64,000 nucleotides of DNA from Octopus sinensis (GCF_006345805.1 NC_043006.1:102486001-102550000), one strand, 5' to 3'. Positions 47,391 to 59,687 are shown, numbered from the stretch's first letter. A program made the numbers and translations. The notes: generated from the letters alone by a model not told the origin.

Positions 47391-50300
47391 GAGATATGCG
47401 GATGTTGCTCGTAAATTGCAATATAAAATCCAGGTGTTTAATTTCCCTTGGCGAGTTCTTTAGGGGAAAGATTAGAAACTTATGTGATTAATATTGACTA
47501 AACAGTACATCCTAAAAATAAAAACAACTTAACTTTAGCAGGATTTCTTCTCAAAAATGGCCAAATACCTCAAGGCATTTGGCCTGGATTTGTAACAGTT
47601 GCTGCTAATCTATTATCCCCCAATGACTTAGTTGTATATCAAGTTTCTTTTCCCCAATTTGCAAATGTTTTTACATTTGATTATAGTAAATATTCTTTGG
47701 TTTGTCTCATTCAATTAAGTATTGGCTATTTAGTTCATCAATATGTAATAATTATTGGAAAGAAAAGAAAAATATGATGGCTTACTAGAGATTAACAGCA
47801 TGGCTTTAACTAGTAAGGCTACAATGAACGAAAAAACCTAAGGATGTGGAATAAAAAGTAAAGAAAAAGCTAAAGAGTAAAGAAGGTTGTTTGCCATTCT
47901 ACCATAGTTTTTACAAGATGGTGGAATGGCAGAATCAAATGAGCATCAGGAAAAAAAAAAAAAATGCCTTGCAGTATTGTTCCAGCTCTTTATGTTCTGA
48001 GTTCAAATCTCACTGAAGTCAAAATTTCTTTTCATTCTTTCTGGGTCAATAAAGTACCTGTCAAGTACCAGTGTTAATTCCATCCCTCAAAAAATTGCTG
48101 GCTTTGTGGCTAAATTACAAAAATCATATCGTTTATTACAGATTTTTTTCTGTCTGGCTTGGGCAAGAGTTGAAGGCAGCGTCTCATAGCCAATGCCCTT
48201 CCTAATGTCAACCTATTTCAGTTGCTCCCTACAACACAGGGATAATGGAAACCTATCCTAAAAACATGGGATGAATAATATTATAAGTTTGGGTTTAAAA
48301 TTGAAATATAGAGTACCCAGTGTACTCTGTAAAGTGGTTGCTGTTAGGAAGGTCTTCCAGCTTTAAAAGCCATGCCAAAACAAACGGTGGGGTTTGGTGC
48401 AGTCCTCTAGCTTGCCAGCTCCTGTCAAGCTATCAAACCCCTGCAAGCATAGGAAACTGATGATAACTGTCCCCTACTTTAGTTTTGAGTAATCTCTGTA
48501 CAAAGTTTAAACAATCAGTTATGTATAAGAGAAGTGATAGGAAATGTGCATTTACCAGTGATATATAAATATTGGTTCCAGTTGAGGCACAAAGCCATTA
48601 ATTTTGAGGCATGGGGTTAGCCAATTCTAGTGATCCCAGAGGGGCAAAAGGCAGATTTAAACTTAGACTGTAAAGAGCCGATACAAAAGCAGAAAGCATT
48701 TTTCTGATACTGCATTTATTTTATCAATCCACTGTTTTGTGTAATTGTAAATATTAAAACATAACAGGACACTTGTCTATAATTTGCATAATCATAATTT
48801 ATTCAGTATATGAATTAAGATAATAGTTGGCACTTTATTACTACTAGAAAAGTTCCCACACACCTCTATACAAGGAAGTGAGTATGTGTGGGATTTTGTA
48901 CAGTTACATATTGAAGATGTATGTTGCCAGAGTTGGGTAGGAAGAAAAGAAGGAGAAATTCCTTTATTAATTTGAATCTGCTGTTATATCTTAATCTCAG
49001 GTAAAAAATCAAGTCATCTCAGTTTCAGCTTAGCTACTGTCGATTGACAAAGGCAACTATACTGAAACTTTGAGGTCACTGTCAATTTTTTCGAAGACAA
49101 GAAAATACAGTAGTCTGTTTGAAAGGTATAGAGTTCTTCAATTAATATTTATTCTATAAATAGCTACAATTAAAAACTAAAACAATACACACACATATAA
49201 ATGTTTATCCATCCATCTACAGAATCTTGCCTGTGTATTTTTTCTTCTGCCCTTATCTCCTGCCTTTGTTCTCTGTATATGAAGAAAGGGAAATAAAATA
49301 TAGACAGCTCATTGTAAAGAAAAACAAAATGAGAAAGGAAAACCTTTTTGAATTGTGTTGAAAGAGTTTTTCTTTGACTTTTATGCAGTCATAGTTTAAG
49401 AACTGAAATTAACCCCTTCTGATAGCATATGCATAATACAGACATTATTTAAGGCAAATGGCCAGAAATTTTTTTTTTTTTTAGGTATTCCTATTAGTTT
49501 AATTGAGCTCTGAAATATCTGGTTCCGCAAAATTGATATGAAAATATCCAAAAACTATGCCTTATAAAACACACACTAATGTACTGTTATGTAAGTTGAC
49601 CCAGTTATTTGGAGTATTTTTTGTAGTGAATTAGGATGTATTTCTTCCATTTCTTTTTATTGGAATATATGGTACGAGACTTAAGACAGTAGATTTTGAA
49701 ATTAGAGGAAAAGAAAAATGTATATGGCAGCAACAACTGTGATTAGTGAACAATTAAATTAATGAGTTTGTTAAAATATATCACTGATGTTTTTGTTATT
49801 GATTCGTAAAAAAAATTCAAATGTCATTTCATATTTGGTTTCTAATTATTATTAGATAAAATAAATTGCTTCATAAAATCATTTCAAAGCTTTAAGTTCA
49901 ATTGTAAAGGTGGCAGAACCGTTATCAGGCCAAACGAAATACTGATAGGCATTTTGTCTGTTTTTATGTTTTGAGCTCAAATTTCACCAATGTCAACTTT
50001 GCCTTTCATCCTTTCAGGGTTAGTAAAATAAGTACTAGTCAAGTACTGGAGTTGATGTAATCACCCCACCCCCACCCACTTCCCCACAAAAACTGCTGGT
50101 CCTGTGCAAAAATTTGAAACCATTAAGTTTAATTATATAAACTCATTTTTCTTGTACATCTGCATGTTTATTAGGAAGCAGATACCATCCATCTTTGGTA
50201 TTCTTGATATTCTGCTTGCACACAAAAAACAATCATGGCCATCACTTGCCCCTATTTTTTCTTTTTTTTTTTGCAGTAAGAGATTCTTTGATTCAGGGGT

Positions 50301-51173
50301 CTTTGAAAGCACAGAGCCACAGGTCTTAATTTGCTCAAGCATGGAATATAAATATTAATTCACACACATACAAATATTTACACAAACAAGCTTCCTGAAC
50401 TTCTATGCACCAAATTCCTTGACAAGACATTGCTTGGCGCAGTACTAAGGGAGAATATATGGGGCCAATGTGTTGCTCAGTAGAATGGACCTGAAAACTT
50501 AACCCCAAGGCCATGCTTGCATCCATCTATTTACATATTTTATAGTGCAATATGTGAATAATAGTATTGATTGCATACAGGTTTCCAACAGGTCAGCCAC
50601 TGGTTCATTACATTCCTAATAAGAGTGACCAGGGAGTATCTTTAAATTGATATAGAGCAAATATCACAAAGGACTTCATTTGCAGAACATCAGTCCTTTG
50701 GGTTTCATACAAATATTTAGATCTTTTGACAGAATATTCAATGTGCAACTACAGTTCTCCCCAACCAAATTCCACTCAAAAGGTATTGTTCAACCCGAAA
50801 CTACAGTACAAGACACATGTACCATGACCACTATGAATGTTTGAGCCAACAAGAGAGTCTGTGTAGAGGTATTTGACTAGCTAGAAGCAACAGTTAAATC
50901 CCTCTTAAAATAAGCCATACAAAAGAAAAAAGGAAGAACACATTAGATAATATAAGTCTCTAAAAAGATACAATGACTTTTCCACAGGTCAGCTTGATTA
51001 GGGCTGATAGACAACAAGAACATTGTTTCTTGTGAATTTTAAACCTAAAATCTACATTTCATAACTGTTGTCAGAAAAATATGAAAGAAAATATAAACTG
51101 AACAAATATTAACAGTTACCGTTTATTTTTCTTTGATTTTCCTTTAGAAAAAAAGGGAACAAAGTTGCATTTC

Positions 51174-51341
51174 TTAGCAACTAGAACAAATTTTTTTCAG
51201 CTGATGCTTTTCAAGTTTCTTTGCAAGGCACTTTTCCACCTCTCTCGCATTCATGGCATTAAAATATTTGCCTAAGTTTTCCAAGTCATTGTTACCATTC
51301 GTTTTCCATTGCACTTGGACACAATTCTCATCAACAGACAT
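51174..51341 (-). CDS. SAT-like gene B exon 5 (terminal): MSVDENCVQVQWKTNGNNDLENLGKYFNAMNAREVEKCLAKKLEKHQLKKICSSC*
   Basis: ctgcag acceptor; 168 nt as in gene A; TAA at 51174-51176; total CDS 525 nt, 174 aa. Confidence 0.9.
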   Translation of the reverse strand: MSVDENCVQVQWKTNGNNDLENLGKYFNAMNAREVEKCLAKKLEKHQLKKICSSC

Positions 51342-51408
51342 CTGCAGGAAGAGAAAAGAGGAAAACACCCACAAATAAAAACTATGGTTTATAATGATTT
51401 TGCTGTTA

Positions 51409-52376
51409 CCATAAATCCTCGAGTATAATCTGCATTTTTTCCCAAAATTTAAAGGTCAAAATCCCTAGTGCGTACTTTATACGAGGTTAAAAAGGAAAAA
51501 TATTTTCTAAGCAATGTCCGAGTCTATTTGCTGTTCAGCAATGTTTATTCAGATGCATTTTGTGATGTCGAGCACGAAAATACCTTAAGCTAAGCCTGAA
51601 AGCAATGAAGTCATAAAAGAATCATCCATAACTTGCAGTAAGCAACATTTATTAAAATAAAAGTATTCAGAACACAGAATAACATGTAACAAAAACAATT
51701 TGCAGACATACTTACATTCCCATATAACAGTTAAGAACATCACCATTATTGTATTACGCTTGCGCAGAAGTGCTTGTTTGACTATGTGCTGCTGGCTTAA
51801 TTATGCATGAATTGTGCTTAATAGTTTAGTGCTAAATAGTTCATCCTGCTGTTTCTATTGACAATTTGCATTATTACCGTGGCAAAAAATAGATACTTAA
51901 TTAAATACCAGTTTTAAATGTTTGAACTACTGTGGGTCTTTACTAGGGTTTTTTATAAACGGGACTTAAACCTGTAAATTAATCTCCAATAAAACATTTT
52001 ATACATTACTTGCCCATAAAATGCCTCATAGATCTTATTCAGCTATGTTTAAACTTGAAGTTATATCATATGCTGAAGAGCATGGTAACAGGGCCGCCAG
52101 AAGAAAATTTGGTGTTGACGAAAGCAATGTCAGGTTATGGAGAAGAAATAAAGATGAAATTAAACAGATGCCAAAGATAAAGAAGTCAAGAAGGTAATAA
52201 TAAAGGACATTACCGTATACATTTTTATAAACCAAGGACGTTATATAGACCCCCTTGACTAAAGTTAGAGAAGGGGTGTGTATTATACACAAGGTTTAGA
52301 TTTTTTCAGAGGTACAGCCCCCTAAAAATCCCCTGCGTTTTATACTCAAGGGCAGACTATACTCGAGGAGTTACAG
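51409..52376. mobile_element. pogo-like internally deleted DNA transposon, same family as 17083-17592, opposite orientation
   Basis: TA-flanked TIRs; shares internal sequence with the MITE; carries a transposase N-terminal ORF. Confidence 0.85.
52021..52197 (+). CDS. 58-aa Brinker-type HTH DNA-binding domain of a pogo transposase (truncated)
   Basis: MPHRSYSAMFKLEVISYAEEHGNRAARRKFGVDESNVRLWRR matches the pogo/BrkDBD pattern; expression unknown. Confidence 0.6.
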   Translation: MPHRSYSAMFKLEVISYAEEHGNRAARRKFGVDESNVRLWRRNKDEIKQMPKIKKSRR

Positions 52377-53109
52377 TAAATAAAAATGCAGACATCATTA
52401 AAAGTAAAGTATGAGATTAATTCTTTTATTTAATGTCCATTTTTCCCTGCTACTAAGGTGTAGATGAGGACTTATGTCAGGTAAGATGACCAGATGCCGT
52501 TACTGTTTTTCAAGCATCTTATCTTTTATTTGTTTCAGTCCCCGGGCTACAACTATGCTGGGGTACAGTCTAGAAGGGCAGAAGAAATTGACCCCAATAC
52601 TTATTTTTTTTTTTAAAGCCTGATACTTATTTTATCAGTCTCCTTTGCTAAACTACTGTATTACAGCGATGTAAGCAAACCAACACTGGTTGTCAAGTGC
52701 TGGTGGGGGAGAAACAACATGAAGGCCCACATATATTCGCACACACAGCTATATATGTGTATATATATATATATATATATAGTTCAAACTTATAGAAAAT
52801 GGAAGAATAAGACAAGTATAGGAACAACAAGAAGGTGTATTAGTTTAACACTTGGGAAGAATGGAAAAGTCTTTTACGTTTTGAGTCTATGCTCTTCAAC
52901 AGAAAGGATTAAGGGTGGCAAAAAAAAAACAGAGAGAGAAATAAATGTGCAGGGTTCAACGGTCCAACATGATGAGATGACTGGAAAGCCATAACGGATG
53001 TGACAAAGGAGCATATTTAGCTCCATGTGGTCAATAAAAGCAACAGCGCAATAGGAAGTGCAAGGAATATCAATGCTGTATATGGGGATCAGACAATAAG
53101 CATAAGCCA

Positions 53110-54062
53110 GTATCAACGGTGGTTCCAGAAATTCTGAGCAGGAAACTACAGCCTAGAGGATGAGCCTCATCCTGGAAGATCTATAGAGCTTGATAAGGGT
53201 GTCCTGCAAACCCTGGTAGAACAAAATCCCATTGTAACTGTTGAGGAACTAGCACAGAAGCTTGAATTTGGTCATTCCACCATTCATTGACACTTGTGTG
53301 CCATTGGAGAAGTCAGAAAATTGTGTCAAAGGGTTCCTTGCAAACCTTCTGAGTCTAATCACATGCAGAGAGTGAATGTGTGCTCTTCTTTGCTGTCACG
53401 TCTCTGAAATGAAACTTTTGGGGACCAAATAGTGACTGGTAACAAGAAATAGGTTCTCTATAAAAGTGTGAAGTGCTGAAGACTGTGGGTAGGGAAAGGA
53501 GAAACACGGACACATCAGGCTAAAGAAGGTCTTCACCCACATAAGATGTTGTATTCTATTTGGTGGGATATGAAAAGTTTAGCCTACTTTGAACTTTTAA
53601 ATCCAAACCAAACAATAACAAAGGAGATCTACTGTGAGCAGCTTGAGTGGCTTAAGTCAGCGTTAGGAGAAAATTGATAATCTTTCAAGATGAAAGATGT
53701 TCTATCAGGATAGTGCTTGGCCACATACAGCAAGGATGACATTTCAAAGGCTGAAACGATACCCCACCTACGATATTCACTGAACATTGTCCCATCTGAT
53801 TATCATTTATTCCACAATCTTCAAAATCATTTGGATGGAAAAAGTATGAATTCTGTAGATGAGGTCAGAACAGTACTGGAGGAGTATTTTTTGTCATGGA
53901 CAAATGGATTTTCAAAAAAGGGCCTTGCAAGACTACCACATAGATGGAAGAGCATTGTAGAAAATGGAGAGTATATTTTTGATTAAAAAAGAACTTTGTT
54001 TATCTTAGTTTTGAAAAATAAAAGAATTATAAAATCCTCATTATATATGGGATGACCCAATA
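53110..54062 (+). mobile_element. Decayed mariner transposase fragment with right TIR, in gene B intron 4
   Basis: IVTGNKK, IWWD, HLRYSLNIVPSDYHLFHNLQNHL, RWKSIVENGEY (mariner YSPDLAPSDYHLF region); TIR-like GGATGACCCAATA at the end; absent from copy A. Confidence 0.88.
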
Positions 54063-54246
54063 TTATAGGATCATTAAAACAATGTATATTAAATAAAACA
54101 GTACCTTTTCTTATTGTTTGCTTACCTGAATTGCTCAAAATGAGAAGAAAAAAAAAAGAATTTTTCTCAAACATCTCATTTACACATATTGCAATCGTTT
54201 AAACAAATTACAATACAAAGAAAAAAATAAACTAAATTTGTATTAC

Positions 54247-54407
54247 CTTGCACAGGAAATGAAAGAGATCTTCACAGATGGACTCATATTCTGGTAGTGG
54301 TAACACGTACAGGTCAGTTATTCGTATAGTCATGCCTTCCCCTGAGGAGAATTGGTATTGGTAGAACATATATCCAACCAGTGGCCCCGTGCTTGGTCTG
54401 TCGTCTG
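54247..54407 (-). CDS. SAT-like gene B exon 4: ADDRPSTGPLVGYMFYQYQFSSGEGMTIRITDLYVLPLPEYESICEDLFHFLCK
   Basis: 161 nt; ttctag acceptor, AAG/gtaata donor; open frame. Confidence 0.92.
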
Positions 54408-54673
54408 CTAGAAAATCACGACAATTGTAAGAATGTGCATGTGAATATATAAACAGAAGCTCGACAAAGGAACAGATGGAAAATTCGCACACAAGACGTG
54501 GAGGTGCTCTTGTCTCATCAGTTATCATTCAAAAGGTCATTACAGTTTCACACCTTTAATGATAATATTGTTTATTTTTAGTTGTGTCAACAACAAAAAG
54601 CCGTTTGGGAATAATGAGCACACGTCAAGGACAGTAATGTAAACAAATGTGACACATGAACGTGAATATACAA

Positions 54674-54715
<42 letters not shown>

Positions 54716-55045
54716 ATGCATGCACGCACGCATGCACACACACACATGCATGCACGCACACACATTTCAGCAAGATACCTTCTCCTGTCCCTCTATCATA
54801 ATTTCATATCCCTGAGTTACATGCCAATCAGTTGAGGGGTCCTGTCTTGCAAGTACTTGGTAACCTCACCATTGCAAGGGCCACAAAAAATAGCACCCAC
54901 TACATTCTGTGAAGTGGTTGGTTTTAAGAAGTGCATCCAGTCATAGAATCCAACACAGACACAGTCAAGTTTGCTGTCAACACAGAGATGTGCCAGCTGG
55001 CCACCGAGACAGAGAGAAGAATGCAACACTGAACAAAAATCTCAC

Positions 55046-55126
55046 CTTTTGAAGGATCTTTATGATTCCATTCAGCAATGAGGATATTAGATAAGTTCTC
55101 TCCATTGAAGCAGTGGGTTTTTAGAT
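55046..55126 (-). CDS. SAT-like gene B exon 3: DLKTHCFNGENLSNILIAEWNHKDPSK
   Basis: 81 nt; one difference from gene A (V/I); intact ag/gt. Confidence 0.9.
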
Positions 55127-55899
55127 CTAGAATAAAGTAGACATAAAAATATAACCATTAGTTGGCTTGTTTCCTCTTCAACTACTGTTATAGTATGAAC
55201 GAATAAGCTAAATAATATCTTCTTTATAAAACATTAACAGTTGCAGTCTTCCTTCTCATCTCCTGTCCTCCATAAATACCTTCCACTCACCCACTTCTTC
55301 TCACGTCTTGCCTTGATGGGTGGAGGTCACCAGGACTCCTCATCTCCACTGCTTATTTCTTCAAAGCTCTAACTGATCATTCTCTTCCACTCTTACTAAA
55401 TGTGAGTAGCCATAACACTCTAAAGAACCTCCTCTGGCCACACCCAACCCACTCTCATTCTTTAACCCCTTGTTCTTTACTATAAAACTGATTCCCAACT
55501 TCTTGGGGTTCATAGTGTTGCAAGCAACAAGGTGACCTCACTAGTGCTGGTGTCATGAAAAAAAAAATGATGATGTAAAGTGGTTGGTGTTAGTAAGGTA
55601 ACAAAGACTAGTAATTTCAGTTTTCTTCTGTAGATAAAAAAGGGCGGGGGGGGGGAAACCCTCAATCAAATATCAGTCATGTCTACATAAAGTTTACTTT
55701 ACACAAAACTGAATATAAAAGCCAGGGTTTGGAGTAGTAATGCTAGCTTAAGCAGTTTCTTTCCCTGAGAAAAGGTTTTACTCAAAACTCCAGAACTGAC
55801 ATCCCTTGCCAATAAATGTACTTTTTCATTTCTGCCAACTTCATTAAATGCTAATCAGCAAAGAATATTTTAATGTACTTGATTATTTATTTTTTTGTT

Positions 55900-56470
55900 C
55901 ACTATTTGCTGGGTTTGTGGGGAGGTGCAGTGCCCATGGCCTTCAGAAGCTCACCTCAATCAGTGAGATTGATGCCATTAAGGTTCCACTTGAATCTTTG
56001 CAAGTCAACATCTGAAGATGAGACATCAGCATGAATAGAATTCCAAGAAGGCCAACATTTTGGTGTAATGATTATTACAGGACCTCCTGGAGTCGGACAA
56101 AAAAAGGGTGATGAGAGGAAAAGATGAGTAGGACAGGAACGTTTGAGTGGAGTGAAGTAGAAAGGCCACTATGATAACACTAGTAGAAGAAGCACAGAGA
56201 GGTGACAGTACATCAGTAGGCCAGAACCTGGAGTGAGTCTGTAAGTGATTTTGTGCAAATCATTCAAAATAGCCATTTTCATGATGCAGTCTAGAACGTG
56301 TGTATGTGTGTGTTGCAGCAGCACTGTCCTAGATGTGAAAGCAACACTCTACTGCAGGCCTCACCTGAGCTTTGTAGAGTGTCACTAACAGTTGGAGATT
56401 GAAGTATATTCCAGCCTTGAAGAGGCTCACTCAAACAGAACTCACACAACAAATATCAGCAGGTTTTATT
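55900..56470 (-). mobile_element. Highly decayed CR1/L2-like LINE C-terminal fragment
   Basis: TLYKAQVRP..EC.FHI* resembles LY...VRP.LEY...W; otherwise very degenerate. Confidence 0.45.
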
Positions 56471-57310
56471 TATTATCTTTTAGTCACAAGAGAAGGCAGT
56501 GTCTATGACTTGTTACAGATCCTCTGACATTGGTGAAAGGGAGGAAGGCATCTTCAAATTGAAAGCCTGGTCCATGCAACAGAATGGACTTCAATAAAAG
56601 CACCCAAGGTGCCAGGTGGCAAATGTGTAGGTCAAGGCTGGATTTGAGCTTGGAATGTCAAGCACTGCAAGGTCTTGGGTCCAACATTCTTACATTTTGG
56701 CCAATCCACTATTCCAAAAGGATGAAAGCAAAAGTAACCTCAGCCACTCTTGAACTTAATTCACAGAGCTTTCTGTGTATGTGGTAGATTATGAAGAACT
56801 GCAACCAGTGGTGAGAAGCAGTGAGACATGTCTAACCAATGCCAGCATGGAAAAGGTAGACGTAAAACAGGGGCAATGAGGATACATAAATCAGATGAAT
56901 TTTAACAAATGGAATTAACCCTTTTGCATTTAAACCAGTCCCAAATATTCTGCATGTTTTATGTTCAAACTGACTTGATCTTGCCTCTCACACCTACCCA
57001 ACAATGACATTCGAAAAATAAGCAATCACATTATCAAAGTTTGAGATAATGATTGATTAATTCAAAACAATGAAATAAATAAGTATTACATTTGACAGAG
57101 TAGTCTGAATACCAAAGTGTTAAATTCAGATCACAAAGAGTCAGAAATTCATACCAGCTGATTGGTCCAAATACACCCACCTTCATGCTTTGGTGACTAA
57201 TAAGCAACCAAACAACAAAACTAAATCTTCATGTTTGTAAATGCACCAATTATTATTTCCCATTCAAGACTGACTGGAGCAAAGTTAAGCATTAAGGAAC
57301 ATTTACTTAC

Positions 57311-57356
57311 CATCCACAGAAGGTGGCGTTCTCTTTTCTCCAGCTTTTACACGTTC
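57311..57356 (-). CDS. SAT-like gene B exon 2: ERVKAGEKRTPPSVD
   Basis: Same splice sites as gene A exon 2; one synonymous difference (CGA/CGT). Confidence 0.88.
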
Positions 57357-57701
57357 CTAATATAGAAAACCAAAATATATTCTCATTATCAAACACCAGT
57401 TAAACTCTATAATTAGAATTAATTGTAAGTTTCATATATTCTATATTATTAAGGCATCTAATTATGAAGATTACAATTTTCTTATTATAGCTTTTTTGAA
57501 CACGTCAGCACCAAAAAGATCCAATTCTTTGATCAGTTTGATTTCTCATGAACAAATAATTCCCTGTCTTTCTTTAATCACATTGGTCATTCATTGGTCA
57601 TTCTTGATCACTCAGTGCTTTTGACACCCAACATTATCACCTCGTTATCTTTCAGAGAAAAGTTAAATTCAATAATTTATTGATGCAGACATGGTTCCAA
57701 G

Positions 57702-57742
<41 letters not shown>

Positions 57743-57754
57743 CTTTATTGCCCA

Positions 57755-57968
57755 CAAGGGGCTAAACATAGAGGGGACAAACAAGGACAGACAAAGGGAT
57801 TAAGTCGATTACAACGACCCCCAGTGCGAAACTGGTACTTTATTTATCGACCCCGAAAGGATGAAAGGCAAAGTCGACCTCGGCGGAATTTGAACTCAGA
57901 ACGTAGCGGCAGACGAAATACCGCTAAGCATTTCGCCCGGCGTGCTAACGTTTCTGCCAGCTCGCCGC
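57755..57968 (-). mobile_element. SINE, GGTGAGCTGGCAGAA family, inserted within a (TA)n tract
   Basis: Reverse complement of the 1098-1318 family; CpG-retaining, so probably young. Confidence 0.88.
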
Positions 57969-57971
57969 CTT

Positions 57972-57987
57972 ATATATATATATATAT

Positions 57988-58033
<46 letters not shown>

Positions 58034-58037
58034 TACA

Positions 58038-58098
<61 letters not shown>

Positions 58099-58112
58099 CA
58101 TCTATATATATA
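57972..58112. repeat. (TA)n microsatellite
   Basis: Directly visible; similar tracts at 12230-12295, 19105-19153, 23045-23063, 35793-35823, 57707-57738. Confidence 0.95.
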
Positions 58113-58114
58113 TC

Positions 58115-58587
58115 ACCTTGACCGACCAGTCCATTGGGTGTCCATTAGACTCCGCTGGTCACAGCATGCTGTTCAGTCCTCTCTGGATCGCGCCTTTCTC
58201 ATCCACGTGATCCCAATCTTCCTCCAGAAATTGTAACTCCACCGTCGTGGAGGCCTTCCGGGTGGTTGTTTCCGCTTGTGCGGGTACCACTCGACAACTG
58301 CGCGGGTTGACCAATTATCGGTGAGCCGGGCGACGTGTCCAGCCCATCTATACTTGCTGCGTCTATACTCTGCAATGACATCCATCATGCCGGACTTCTT
58401 TCTGATGATCTCGCTACTGATGTGCTCTCTCAATGAGATACCAAGCATTGACCTTTCCATGGCTCTTTGAGCCGTTACCAATCTCTGCTCTTCATTCTTT
58501 TTGGTAGCCCATGTTTCACGACCATATAACATTGCAGGTAGAACTGCACTGTTAATGATGTTGGCACAGGTGGTCCTGTCCAACCTT
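58115..58587 (-). mobile_element. RTE-type LINE 3' fragment in gene B intron 1
   Basis: VLPAMLYG.ETW, QRAMERSMLG, KYRWAGHVAR, GRPPRRW. Confidence 0.85.
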
Positions 58588-58591
58588 ACCT

Positions 58592-58630
<39 letters not shown>

Positions 58631-58844
58631 AATGTCTTTTATCTCTTACTTGTTTCAGTCATTAGTCTATGGCCAAGCTGGGGCACCACCTTGAAATTTT
58701 TGTCAAACTAATCAGCCCCAGTAGTTATTTTATTTTTTAAGCTTGATACTTATTCTATGAATCTCTTTAGCTGAACTACTAAGTTATGGGGACGTAAACA
58801 TACCAACACCGGCTGTGAAGTAATGGTGGGTGATAAACAGAAAG

Positions 58845-58861
58845 ATACACACACACACTAC

Positions 58862-58930
<69 letters not shown>
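58845..58930. repeat. (CA)n microsatellite
   Basis: Directly visible; another at 54675-54765. Confidence 0.95.
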
Positions 58931-58933
<3 letters not shown>

Positions 58934-59618
58934 GTATGAACTCCTGTATTTAAAACACAAATTTGCAGAAATTTTCTGATAAGTTCAAAAGAAAAAGTTA
59001 TGAGTTATATGAGGTGCTTAAGCAAAAATTCCATGTGTGTATGTACACACACACACACATGCACACTACACACACACACAAAATAGTGAACAAGGGTTAC
59101 AATAATATTCAATAAATTTAATACAATTCCTCATATTTTGTTAGGTAGAGGTTAGCATTTGTTTTGAATTGTATTATTCTGAAATACTTTTTTATCAGAA
59201 ATTACATTAAATTTCACTAAATATATTTTGAGAGAGTTGACAAAAGAGAAAAAAAATCACATAGGATAGGTACAGTTGCAACATGTACATTCAAAGTTCT
59301 TCAAGCATGCAAAATGGGCAGTCAAGTATTTTTCAATATTTTTGTTTTTTGCATTATTTTGCTTTGGACTGTAAAGTTGAATGCTCAGCAAAGGAGCGCA
59401 TGAAAAGAGATGCAATGCAAGATCTGATTGTCATTTTGTTATTTGGACAACTAAAGAAATATAATATGACGAGCTCCCTTTGTTCATAATGAAAAAATGC
59501 TGCAGTTTTGGCTGTCATAATAAAGGAAATTACTCGAAGATTTTATGATACTAAGATATATTTTAGCCCCACAAATTAATTAACAACTAAAAGTTCAGTT
59601 AAAGTATTGAGCACATAC

Positions 59619-59687
59619 CTTGAATAAACCAGTAATGTGCTCACAGTCACCAGGTATTGCATACCGCGAAACAGGTACTGCTATCAT
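59619..59687 (-). CDS. SAT-like gene B exon 1: MIAVPVSRYAIPGDCEHITGLFK
   Basis: 69 nt ending AAG/gtatgt; retains SAT-like R.A...DC..I..L.K. Confidence 0.87.

Larger units (their letters stand above)
47460..57400. repeat. Segmental duplication unit B (exons 2-5 of SAT-like gene B plus 3' flank)
   Basis: Direct homolog of 10890-22457; exon 1 and its 5' flank are also homologous (30058-30190 vs 59619-59740; 30697-30800 vs 59805-59890). Confidence 0.9.
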
